DNA of 64,000 nucleotides from Basidiobolus meristosporus CBS 931.73. Its lineage: Eukaryota; Fungi; Basidiobolomycota. The notes beneath the pieces were generated by a model. The model saw nothing but the letters and a program-made list of their open reading frames with translations, did no database searches and had not been told where the DNA came from. The DNA is taken from the NCBI GenBank assembly GCA_002104905.1, contig MCFE01000449.1, positions 9,378 to 73,377 of the forward strand, read 5' to 3'. The translations under genes were made by a program, and so were the position numbers. Shown here piece after piece: positions 1 through 11,024 of the stretch (its first letter is position 1; each line of letters opens with the position of its first letter).

Positions 1-404
1 GCCACATTCTCGCCCACCGCACTCCACTTGAACCCGGTTTCGGAAACACGCGTACTGAGAGGCCTACCAGGCTCGTCATGAGTCATCTGACCAACACGGG
101 CCTGATAGTCAGTATGCTTCTGAGCAGAAAGCACTAGGCGGTCGTCCAGTTTCAGTGCGGGTTGGCCATTCATCTGGCGCTGTTGATTGACCAGCTCAAG
201 CATCTTTTGCACATCCCCATTCCCAGAGCCAGTCTGAGGGGGCGAAGTTGGTGAGGTCGGTGGAGTGGGTGGAGTCGGCGAGGTGGGGAACCTGTGAAAG
301 CCACCACTAGGAATCTTTACCGGGTGACCAATTGGAGCAGTGAGCACCAGCACTGCTTGAAGGATAAGAAATGTGAGACATACGGTAGCAGACCAGCACT
401 TCAT
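1..404 (-). CDS. Secreted CAP/SCP (PR-1-like, YkwD-type) protein, copy 1; 3' end runs off the window
   Basis: ATG at 404 gives MKCWSATVCLTFLILQAVLVLTAP (signal peptide), a Pro/Thr linker and a CAP domain up to GENVA. Sequence aligns to 2251-2654 at an exact offset of 2250 bp. Confidence 0.9.
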   Translation of the reverse strand, partial: MKCWSATVCLTFLILQAVLVLTAPIGHPVKIPSGGFHRFPTSPTPPTPPTSPTSPPQTGSGNGDVQKMLELVNQQRQMNGQPALKLDDRLVLSAQKHTDYQARVGQMTHDEPGRPLSTRVSETGFKWSAVGENV

Positions 405-451
405 AATCGTCGTTTTGAAGGAATAATGCTCTCTGCTGGACGGATGAGCTC

Positions 452-458
452 TTTTATA
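452..458 (-). promoter_or_regulatory. TATA box (TATAAAA) of CAP copy 1; equivalent site at 2702-2708 for copy 2
   Basis: TATAAAA ~50 bp upstream of the ATG, conserved in both copies. Confidence 0.6.
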
Positions 459-2096
459 GATTGACTTGCTGTAAGGGAACGATCCATGGCTTGTCACACA
501 AGCTCTATTCAATCAAGTGACTTCGACTTTAGGGAGCCTATTGAGTATGGACCTCTGTACCAACCAGTGCACGAGTTGACCATACATCTTGTGAAAGCCG
601 TAATCGAGGCATGAAAGTAATCCATGTGCTTGTGAGTAATCAGTTCAAAGTCAGGTAGAGTTGGATGAGGCCAGTACTTAATGTAGTACATACTAAACAG
701 CTGTGTTACATACATATGAGATTGTCGGATGGATGAGGTACCACCTATGGTACTTGACATAGAAGGAAGGTGAGGGCCTGGGAATTAATAAGTTGGCTTC
801 TCACTTGAGCTTGCTTGTTGAGTTTGAATTCAGCAAGGTCAAACCTGTTACTAATGATGATCATTTGCACTGTAGCATCCAATAATCTTAACCCAAGAGC
901 CTTTACCGAATCCATGTAGTGCAGCCATATTAATGGTGATGAAGCCAAGCACATCCAAGAATATGAGCTTTGTGGTGATTGCTCCGTTCAGCTAACCCGT
1001 ACAATTGAGGCTCTAATCACACGCAAATAAGGCAGCAAGTGTAAGGTATTCAATCCGTCAAAAGCACGGTGGGCGTCAAACCTAATGGCTGTTCAGAAAG
1101 CATTTCGATGACATAGACTGAACCTATACCTTATGAAAAAAAATGACCAACGACCAGCATAATGCAAGCAGAAACCCATTAAAGTTACAACTTCCGATAT
1201 TTGAAGTTCTATCCTTCTTGAGGACAAATAGACATACGTCCTGGAAAGTGTTACCCTCATATCAAATTTGGCAACAGTCATCTCACTGACTCTAGAGATA
1301 TTTACCCGGGAAAAATTAACTGAAAAATATCAGTAGAATACCATACAAAATCGAAGTTTAAGATGTTACATAGGGATATAGACACAGTAGGCACACCATG
1401 AAAGTAAATTTAGATGTCTGTTGAATTATGAAGCTCATCATTGAGGTTGTAGAAAAGGCTCTGGAATTGGCTATGAGAGATATACGCTGGTTGCTGGACC
1501 AATGGGTGTTGAAGGTGGAACGAACAAGGTTGGAGCTTGTTTAAGAATACTTTGCCATAGGATTGTATTTCAATTATGCCCTGAAGTTACGTATTTGAAC
1601 CAGAAGAAACAGATACACAATCACTAGTAGGGAGTCTAGCCCTAATTCTTTAGCTTACCAGCCACAAACGGGCGTCTATTTAAATCCCACGTTTTTCTAA
1701 TATTGGGATTGTCATCAAACCAGTGATTATTCTTACGTGGCCATAGTGGGAAACTGTATATAATTGGGATACAATATATTTTGATATTGTATCCAAATTG
1801 AGTAAATATTGGTTGCCATCAAAGCACACTCCCTTCCCCTTTTTGGTGTGTACCCTTGTTGGAGAGTTAGTGTTCATATAACACCGATCGGATCGCTCTC
1901 TCGGATATTCTATGGAACTAATCAAATCTACTTGTATAGGACAGTTTCACACAGACTCTAATGAACAAAACGACGATCGCCAAGACTAACATCCCAAAAA
2001 CTGTACGGCATGTTGAAAATCTTTGGGAACTGTCAGCTTTGTATGTTCAAATCACATTGCAAGGTATTTATTGGAATTGGACATTACTGCAGTAGC

Positions 2097-2654
2097 TTAC
2101 GCTTGGCGAGCAAAATTTTGGGTCCAGTAATTGCCATTGGCAACATACCCGGAGCCAAAGTGGGTGTATTGCGATCCAAGAATGTTGCTGCGATGGCCTG
2201 GTGAGTTCATCCAGCCATTCATGACCGCTTCGATGCTTCCATATCCCTTGGCCACATTCTCGCCCACCGCACTCCACTTGAACCCGGTTTCGGAAACACG
2301 CGTACTGAGAGGCCTACCAGGCTCGTCATGAGTCATCTGACCAACACGGGCCTGATAGTCAGTATGCTTCTGAGCAGAAAGCACTAGGCGGTCGTCCAGT
2401 TTCAGTGCGGGTTGGCCATTCATCTGGCGCTGTTGATTGACCAGCTCAAGCATCTTTTGCACATCTCCATTCCCAGAGCCAGTCTGAGGAGGCGAAGTTG
2501 GTGAGGTCGGTGGAGTGGGTGGAGCAGGCGAGGTGGGGAACCTGTGAAAGCCACCATTAGGAATCTTTACCGGGTGACCGATTGGAGCAGTGAGCACCAG
2601 CACTGCTTGAAGAATAAGAAATGTGAGACACACGGCAGTAGACCAGCTTTTCAT
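2097..2654 (-). CDS. Secreted CAP/SCP (PR-1-like, YkwD-type) protein, copy 2, 185 aa, intronless
   Basis: ATG 2654, TAA 2097-2099. Signal peptide MKSWSTAVCLTFLILQAVLVLT; CAP motifs LELVNQQR, SAQKHTDY, GENVAKG, WMNSPGHRSNIL, YWTQNF. The longer ORF-track start at 2774 lies upstream of the TATA box. Confidence 0.93.
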   Translation of the reverse strand: MKSWSTAVCLTFLILQAVLVLTAPIGHPVKIPNGGFHRFPTSPAPPTPPTSPTSPPQTGSGNGDVQKMLELVNQQRQMNGQPALKLDDRLVLSAQKHTDYQARVGQMTHDEPGRPLSTRVSETGFKWSAVGENVAKGYGSIEAVMNGWMNSPGHRSNILGSQYTHFGSGYVANGNYWTQNFARQA

Positions 2655-5304
2655 GTTTGCGATTTCGATTGGATACTCATCTGTGTTGGAAAGATGAGCT
2701 CTTTTATATATTACCTCACCATAAGAGCACGATCCATGAATTGTTACGAAAAGCTTCGTTCTATTACACAGCATTAATATAGAGGGATCCCTTGAGTATG
2801 GACTTCTATACCAAGAAGTTCACGGGCTACTATATATTTCATCAAAGCCGTTAAAGATCAGATGCGGCAAGTTTGCAGCTCATAGTCAGGTAATGTTGAA
2901 TGAGTCCGGCACTAAATGTAGTACATGCTATGGAGTTGTATTACAGTAGTATAGGATTGTCGGATGGATGAGACACTACCCATTATGGTACTTGACATAG
3001 CAGGAAAAGTGAACCGCTGAAAATCAATCGACAGCTTAATTGTGTAACTGATTATGCGAGTATTTGTGCGACAAGACCAAAGCTGAACTGATCTAGTGCC
3101 ATAATTAACATTTGTATTGTGATGGTGGATAATAGTTCCAGAGCTATCATAATATTGTATACGAAAACCCTGTTGTTGTTGGGCAGCACCGTAAACGTTT
3201 ATTGAAGAAATATTTTGATTGTATATACTATTACCACGGTAAGTCAAAAACAATGATCGTCCATCAGCACCAGCGACATTTTAGTGATAACACATCGATA
3301 TATAACTTCGACTGGATTTTGGAAGCTCCATTGACTGAAAATTCTTGCAACTTGGAACAATAGGCACAGAAGAAACGCCAGTCAGGACCACATCTATCTA
3401 TAAAGTGGTACATGCAGGTTATGTTTATGGGAACTGGAACTGAATGTGTTGATGCTATACTGGAGCGCATATATCAGAATAGACACAGCAAACTATTCAA
3501 ATGTTTTAAACGGACCCGGCTAGAGGTCGACTGGTGTACTGTTTCAGTCTATCAGAAGATTTAACACCACCCGTTGATTTGTAATCCCACGTTTACCAAG
3601 TCTGTGGGAGTTAACTGCCCCATCCAAAATACTTGGCAAAAAAGGAGAACATGTGGCTAAGATCAGACTCCAGACGGCTTACTACCAATGGGTGAGAATT
3701 TGTTCAAAGTGACATAGTGAAGGAGCATTAGATGAATATTACTGGAAGCATTCCAATGCCATGTTGATTAACTTGCGCCTGAAATGCGGAATTGTTGTAA
3801 TTCATCAGTGGTGATGACCGCCCTAAGGAAAGTGATTAAGTGGGAGAGACAAATGCAAGTGGAAATTTTGTAAAACGGGCTGATTTCATTTTAGGGATAT
3901 TACTGCTTCACTGGATTTCTTCGAAAGATGGGTAAACTTCTCATGTTTATATGCTCCTTAGTATTTGAAAGGTTGTTAAGGGGCACCCGTTTCATCAAAT
4001 GCCACTTGCGACTTGTTTGGTAATTTCGTAATAGGGGCGAGCTGGAGTTTCCTGCAAATGTTTCATCGAATTATTATTCCAATGACATCAGCCCCTCTTT
4101 GGATTGGATATGGTAAGTGCCTTGTATGTTATTCTCATGTTGCTTTATTGAGTTCAAGTATTTAACCTTTGGTTACTTTGTAGAACTAATGGTAGATATT
4201 TCTTGCGAAAGGTACCAGTAAGTGGTGTGTAAGGTCTGGGGGCTTTTGATACCTACAACACATATATCTTTGAAATAGATGAGCTGGCAGTTCTCAAGTA
4301 TGGCATGAGGATAATGCACGTACAACATCTCCAGGAGATATGCTGCTTGTCCTTGAGAGGGATAGAACTCTTAATCTTGAAAGCTTTAACTTTGAGGAAA
4401 CTTAAACTTCTCTGGTTGGCTGATCATTGGTAAACTTTCTCATAGAAACTTTGCTAGTCTTTGTGATTATTGTAATAGGAATAGGTTATAAAAGGCTGAT
4501 GTAGGGATTCAGAGATAACGGAGGTGAATTGGATCACCAGTATATTATGACTCATTCACTTGATGTTCAGTTGATCTTAAAGATAATGTTTATGCTTGGA
4601 ATTTGTGGGGAAATGATGCACTGTATATACAAGAAGATTTTAAAAGCAGATGTGTAACGCTTTGAGTCTTTATGCTGACTTTAATAAATATACACAATTG
4701 GGCATGCAAGCTTATTAAACACAACCAAAGCCCTAGCAGAGAGATTGATCTGAAGTGAATGAAATATATGTGCCTGGATCCAGGTGTCAAAGTTGGTTTA
4801 TATATATTGGTGTGAATATAGTATTTTAGCACTTCTGACATGGTTTTTATTATAAATCAGGTAATATACAAATGAATGGCTATTCTAATATTCCCAGATT
4901 CCATTGCAAAGTGTTTTTGTAAAGTGTTTATTTTTCAAAAGGATTCAACTGGCCAGGTACCTAAAATGAAAAGTGGTAGTCGTGAGCCGCAGTAATACAC
5001 ACCAGAAGTCCATACTATATTTGTATCACTGCGAGAGCATGATGTAGAGGAGCATTTATGTTTTCAATTTAGTGGCCTAGCATCGAATATGTATATAGTT
5101 GAAATCCAAACGTCTGTATTTCAGCCGGAAATACCCACTTGTGGGGTAACTGAAATTTAAAATATTTGACCGATTTTATTTGCCAGGACCATCTACTCGA
5201 TTTACCTCGGACATAACTATGGATTTTGTTCTCTAAATAATTCGATAATAAACGCTGACGATGGTGATGGTTTCGTATGATATTTTGGCAAGAAGGAATA
5301 AAAA

Positions 5305-5377
5305 CGAGGCGCATGGGACTCGAACCCACAATCCCCAGATCCGAAGTCTGATGCCTTATCCATTAGGCCAACGCCCC
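5305..5377 (-). tRNA. tRNA-Arg(UCG): tRNA-Arg, anticodon UCG, intronless
   Basis: Minus strand reads GGGGCGTTGGCCTAATGGATAAGGCATCAGACTTCGGATCTGGGGATTGTGGGTTCGAGTCCCATGCGCCTCG (73 nt). Acceptor, D, anticodon (loop CTTCGGA) and T (GTTCGA) arms are present, followed by a T-run Pol III terminator (5300-5304). Confidence 0.96.
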
Positions 5378-6308
5378 GTTGCTAAACTTCAGTGATTTGC
5401 TAGAAAGTCAGATAATTCTCTATAAAAAATCATCATCATACAAGCTAAGGATGCTGCCGTTTGCTGACTATATCTGGACATCGTATAATGGTTTATACGA
5501 TAAGCCTCATTAAACAAACATGCTGACATTTGTAGGCATTTTCCATGAGTTTGCTTGCTGGTACTGGTATATATTTGCTGGTATTTGTGATATTTATGCC
5601 AGTAGTACTCCTGTCTATTGGCAACTCAAATCAAACGCCAACCGACAGCTTCTCCTGCTACTCCGCATTGGGAAGAAATATTCCCATTTACTTCCTATTG
5701 ATAACGCTAGTGAAAGATTGCGAATATCCGTTTATTTGGACAGAAGAACCGATACAGATAACCCGGTAGATGTTTCTGGCAGCAAGGAATATGGTAATTG
5801 AATGCATGAGCGGCTTAGAGCAACATACATAAGAGGTAAGTAGCACTGGAAATGAGAGACCCACGCCACCGTACAACTGTTCAGTAACCTGAAGCTTAAT
5901 ATGGTGCTCTCACTTGTTACTTTGCGCAACTCTGACTTGAACATTTATTATTGGTAACACGTCTGCGCTCATGGCAACTCAATATTAATCCTGGAGCCAC
6001 ACATCTCACTGTCAGTATTAAATATGTAAGCAGCTTATTTATGGTTAATTATCGTGATATCGACATGGATTTTATCCCTAGCCAGCATCAGCTCTAACCA
6101 ATAAATGACCAGAGCGTACAACTTTAACCGGATTCCTAGACAATGGTGATAACCACGAGCAACCATAAAGCGCTCATCGCGGATAAGCTTAATCTTTGTA
6201 TTACAATACTCATCAAATGGGACCATCAACAGTTTTGTGGTGAGCAACGCTTCTTCGATATAAAGGTATAAATAAAGCTGCTTGAGCTCAGCCTCAGGTC
6301 ATTCGAAA

Positions 6309-6692
6309 ATGAAGCCCTTCGCCCTTGTCGCTGCTTCTGCTCTGGTGCTTATGGCAGGTGCTGATGCCTGGTGTTTCCGTGCATTCAACCAGCAAAACTA
6401 CTGTGGCAAATTCTCCGAACACCATCGTTATACTGGTGGTGGTGGCTGCTTCAACCTAATCTCACCCGTGGCTGGAAACGTAAACTCCTTCAGTTATGTT
6501 GCTTCCGGCTCCTGCGATATCTCTTTCCACTCTGACTACGGTTGCAACGGTAGCAAATTAGGATCTACCGTTGGTTCATGGAACAAGGCTACAACCTCCG
6601 CCAGCGGTAAAAAAATGAAATCGTTCAGAATCTCCGGTGCACTTTGCAAACTAGATGCAAGACAGTGCAGCGAAGCCAAAAAGTGCAAATAA
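6309..6692 (+). CDS. Small secreted cysteine-rich protein (127 aa), beta/gamma-crystallin-like fold suspected
   Basis: ATG 6309 gives MKPFALVAASALVLMAGADA (signal peptide). Mature part has 8 Cys and two Greek-key-like motifs (FNQQNYCG, FHSDYGCNG). TATA-like TATAAA near 6260. The fold call is an inference. Confidence 0.8.
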   Translation: MKPFALVAASALVLMAGADAWCFRAFNQQNYCGKFSEHHRYTGGGGCFNLISPVAGNVNSFSYVASGSCDISFHSDYGCNGSKLGSTVGSWNKATTSASGKKMKSFRISGALCKLDARQCSEAKKCK

Positions 6693-6910
6693 AAAGTACG
6701 ATTGTAACGGGTGGTTCATCATCCAGCATTGGACGTCATATTCAGGATATTAACCTCATAGTACAGCTACCGAGGTTGGAGATTTGATTAGCACTGCATG
6801 TGTATCCTGAGTGGACGGATTATGATATATTATCTTAGTGAGTACGATTGCCAATACATTCACCGATAAAGTTTGTGAGAGAAGACTAGCAACAATGGCA
6901 CCTATTGGTG

Positions 6911-8274
6911 TCAACCGAAAGATGCTTCCTGAGATAGTTGCAGAAGTGCATTAACCACCGAGGCCTCCTCCAAGACAGGGCCTAATGACGTATATTTCGT
7001 GTTATATCGGAACCAGTTAACCAGCTTGTCAATATCATTCAAATGGGGAAATTTTGAGAAGAGCGCCCAGGCCGCTTCGCATGTTATATGTTTGGTGCCT
7101 AGGTTGTCACGCATCAATACCAAGCACTATCTTCCGAAAAATCCGTTCAATACTTACCTCTTTGTTCGCGATCGTCAGCTACTTGTCCTGCATCGTCATA
7201 TTCTGCCAACCCGGCACAGCATCGGGATTCTTGTTCCTCGGTGCTGCTTTCGTTACAGTCGAATAATCCCGCACAGCACTGCGACTCCTGAGTCTCCATT
7301 TCCGTATCCACACCACTTACTGCTGCAGGTGCAATTCTGCCTGGATTACGTAATTTTTCCAATGGCTCCACCTCGTTAGATAGCACAATTTCCCCAAATT
7401 CATTCTTTTGAAAGACGCCTAGCATGCTTTCAAGGCTTCTCTCCCTACGCTCCACATCCTGGCAAGCAAAGGTGGCGATGGCTTGACAGAATTTCTCCGC
7501 ACGGTGGTCGCTTCGGGTCCTGGAACAACAGAATTTGGCTACTGCTTCGCTCACCCTCCTCGATTGGTCATTAGAAGCTGGTTGCTCACGTGCCACGGTA
7601 ATCACCTCCCCTTGTTCACTTTGCAAGGCAGTACTTGAGGTCTGTTTATTCTCGAGGCGCCTAGAGGGTGCAATCGGCTGAAAAGGTTCGTAACTAGTAG
7701 GGGTCTAAATCAATCCAGTGCTATGTAAGCCGATCACTTTCCTACACGAGTAAAATCTATAAATAGTCGTCGCTTACTGGCAAAAAGGGCCGTTGGCCTT
7801 GTCGCAATTGCTGGTTCTCTCGTTGAAGTCGAAGAACCAGGTTCTTCAGCTGGGCGTTTTCTTCCGAAAGTTTCCGGGCGATTTCCTGGAATTTGGCCAA
7901 TTGCTGGGTGCGTTCTATGTCCGACACGAGAGCCTTTTCTTCCAAGGCTTTCACATACTGCGCTTTACGTTCTCTAAAGGCCCGTTGGGCTTCTCTGGCT
8001 TTCTTCACAAAGGGAAAATAATAAACGACTGGAACTGTGAAATTGGCAGCCTGGCTATACCTACTGAGGGTGGCAGACTCGGGTCTCTCTTGCGACCTCT
8101 TTTGTTCATTTGATGTGTTGGTGAAAGTTTCGACCTGAATGTCGATTTCATAATCAAAGTGATCATCTGATTGGAACGACCAACCACTGGATTTAATGAA
8201 TTTCGTATTTTTGGCCTCAGAACAGAACAGAGACCAATATTCAAGCGGCAACTTGATGAAGATCCACTGCACAT
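6911..8274 (-). CDS. bZIP transcription factor with Cys-rich middle and Yap1/Pap1-like C-terminal domain (~380 aa)
   Basis: Hand-spliced exons 8274-8065, 8002-7778, 7677-7158, 7098-6911 (GT-AG introns of 62, 100 and 59 bp; total 1143 nt, in frame). Basic region KRGRKRDPSLPPSKAREAQRAFRERK is followed by a leucine zipper. C-terminus is ITCEAAW...DIDKL...GPVLEE. Start codon is uncertain (8274 or 8109). Confidence 0.85.
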
Positions 8275-8328
8275 CTAATCGGCGTAATAGTGATAAAAAA
8301 GGGATAGCAGAGTGTTGGTGGCCATCAT
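8275..8328 (-). promoter_or_regulatory. Putative 17-codon uORF (MMATNTLLSLFYHYYAD*) whose TAG directly abuts the bZIP ATG
   Basis: Minus strand ATG at 8328 to TAG at 8277-8275; the next codon is ATG 8274 in the same frame. Confidence 0.5.
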
Positions 8329-8370
8329 ATACAGCATCAACCTGTATGTGTGCGAAACATGCATGCGAAA

Positions 8371-8430
8371 GAGGAAACAAGCAAGAAATCAAATGAGGAA
8401 ACAAGCAAGAAATCAAATGAGGAAACAAGC
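8371..8430. repeat. 24-bp tandem repeat (gaggaaacaagcaagaaatcaaat) x2.5
   Basis: Units at 8371-8394, 8395-8418 and partial 8419-8430, upstream of the bZIP gene. Confidence 0.9.
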
Positions 8431-9206
8431 TGACCATCGAAAAAGGAATCAACACAAGCCCACAAGTAAATGGAGCAAATCATCGCCACATCTCTTTGCA
8501 GTGATATGTTTTCTCCAAGTCCTATCACGCCAGCCATACAGGCCGGCCTACATCCCCAGGTCACTCTTCCGAATCTGCATCGGAAATCTGATGGAGTTCA
8601 CCCACTCCTCCGGAGCTGCCTGCAGCCTTAGCCTCACCACGCTGAATTTTATGCTTCACTTGTTCCCGGACACATTCATGCTCGACTGCTACTCCATCAC
8701 ACATCACACATAGCACATTCCACATTCCACACATACTCCACCCATTCCCCGCCCTGATAGCATCACCCACACAAAGCTGCTTATTTTTAATAGAGTTGGC
8801 GGGCAACTTGGTAGCGCGCCATTTGCTGATGTTTAATATGTCTGAGTCATACTGGGCACTAATTGACCCTCGATCTACAAATTTCTATACTAATTAGAAC
8901 AAAGCAAAGCCTACATAAAGTGAGTGAACGTTAATCGTGGACTCGCCTCAGCCGAATGCATAGATATTTATGTTGTCCGCTTAATGTAAGAGGGTTTATG
9001 TACGTACAGTAAAGTGAGGTCGGGAGTTCGGAGATTGGGTAGCATGATCCACTCGTGAACCCCACCCCCATGGCCATCCTCGTGTGATCTCAACGCCGGA
9101 TTTCCTATAAAGAGGCCGCATCTGCCCAGAAGGTGATGAGTATCAAGCTATTCTTGGCTTTCAAACTTACCAATACTGGCCATATTTAGTCATTCTCATA
9201 TTAGCC

Positions 9207-10849
9207 ATGTTTGCTTGGAACAGTTTGCATACCTTTTCGAAGCTGTTAAGCGCCACACAACAGTCCGAGTTGGACGTATTTACTGCCATCCTACAACGCC
9301 GTACCCTCTCCGCAATTAGTCAACAGGTAGATGATCCCCTTTCCCATTCCCATTCCCATTCCCATTCCAGATCCCCCTGCCTCATCCTCCCTGACACATG
9401 ACTAATATGGTTTGATTTTTACAGAACACTGCCCCATGTGAAACTGTGCCATCTTCCCCTATCAAGCCATGCGCAAAGGGGTCCAAGAAATCCCAGAAAC
9501 GACAACGGAAACGAACCCACAGATTTGTAGCTCTGCCCACAGTGAAAGCAGACGAGTTTCGAGTGGAGAGCGTGGAAGACAGCCCTGCTTTTATCGCTAG
9601 GCCCACGACCCCATCTCTTCCTAGTATCGAGACCACACTCATCGAGAGTACAAGCCCCGTACCTTCACTCTACGACGGCTCCTCCGACTCGAGCGATACC
9701 TGCGATACGTCGAGTATTCAACATGATGAATGCGACGACTATATCCAAACAAACGTGGAGTGGCAGCCATGCGAAGATGACGAGGACGATAGTGATCGGA
9801 TGTCATCCGTCATGGACGAGAGCAACCCAGACTGTCAGACCCGGAGCTGGAATTATTTCACCCCCGAAGAAGAGCTGGATAGCGGCGCCTTCATCGCGAT
9901 GTCATGGAACACGCTTTCACCCAACCTCGCGAGCACTAGCCGCTTCCATTGCCATAGCTGGCCCTACCTCGACTGGGAGTATCGCAAGCACTCGATTCTA
10001 GGCCAGATCATCGGTCTACTTCCCGACTTTGTTTGCCTGCAAGAGGTGGAGCCGGAGGATTTCGCGGATTTCTTCCTTCCAGCCTTGGAGCAGTACGGGT
10101 ACACCGGCTTCTACGAGAACAAGAGTAACCAGGTGGTTCAAGATGGCTGTGCTACATTCTACAAGCAGCATCGCTTCGAACTGATCAAAACCCATGTGAT
10201 TCGTTACAACGAGACCAACCTCGACGACGAGCATCGCCATTCCCTGGCACGTGACACGGCCATCCGATTCAACATGTTCAACAACCTGGCTTTGGTTGGG
10301 ATCTTCCGCAACCGGGAGACCCAGTCGAAACTTTGTGTCGCCAACACCCACCTACTGGCCGATCCGGAATATCCGGACGCGAAATTGCTTCAAGCGGCGA
10401 TCTTGATCGACCGCCTCCAGAAGTTCAAGAACCCAACGGTCATCTGCGGCGACTTGAACTCGCTTCCGACCAGCGCGGTACTACAGTACCTGGTCTCCGG
10501 ACGTGCCCCCTCGTCGGCATTCAGCGGACACGATTTCGGTCGGTACAGCGCACATCCCCTTCGTCACCAGATGAGGCTTCGCAGCGCGTGCACCGAAAAA
10601 AGCTCCCCAAACCTGCGCTTCACCAACCGCACCAAGAATTTCCGAGGGGTGATTGACCACATCCTATACACGCTGCACTCGCTTGACCTGCTGGCGGTTC
10701 TGGACGGCTTGCCGAAAGACCAGGGGCACCTAACCCTCCCCAACTGGCATTGCCCGTCGGACCATCTCCCTCTCGTGGCGGTGTTTTGTGAAAAGGATGG
10801 GATCCGCACCGCCCTTCGCAAGAAACTTCAAAAATCCTCCACCAAGTAA
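9207..10849 (+). CDS. CCR4/nocturnin/angel-family EEP nuclease (deadenylase-like), no LRR domain, ~514 aa
   Basis: Exon 9207-9326, intron 9327-9424 (GTAGAT...GACTAAT...ACAG), exon 9425-10849 in frame. Catalytic EEP motifs are intact: SWNTL, CLQEVE, DGCATFY, NTHL, GDLNS, FRGVIDHI, PSDHLP. Confidence 0.9.
9343..9366. repeat. (CCCATT)4 microsatellite in intron 1 of the EEP gene
   Basis: Four exact hexamer copies. Confidence 0.85.
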
Positions 10850-11024
10850 CCTAACCCCCTCCCACCCACGCTACCTAATTCGACTAATCTCTACTAACCA
10901 CCACCCTTTTCGCACCCACCGAAACCTGTACATATATCCCGCCTGATTCAAAATAGATGATGTATATATAGTGACCACCGATAGACCGATTATTTATTTA
11001 ATAAATCCAACATTCCACTAGTGA

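Larger units (their letters stand above)
1..3010 (-). repeat. Tandem duplication (2250 bp spacing) of the CAP gene plus ~350 bp of promoter
   Basis: 1-215 is identical to 2251-2465. Similarity decays upstream but is still visible at 721-770 vs ~2955-3010 (attgtcggatggatgag...tatggtacttgacatag). Confidence 0.9.

Noticed and set aside
5811-5833. LMYVALSR, resembling helicase motif VI of PIF1/Helitron or UvrD proteins
   Set aside because: No other helicase motif is found at the expected distance in any frame I read; probably chance.
8371-8430. 24-bp direct repeats as a CRISPR-like array
   Set aside because: Head-to-tail with no spacers, in a eukaryotic context; a simple minisatellite. No CRISPR array is seen in the window.
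7757-8455. 232-aa ORF as the bZIP coding sequence
   Set aside because: It reads through an intron and the 24-bp repeat. The spliced alternative gives a coherent KRGRKR...REAQRAFRERK basic region with canonical GT-AG sites.
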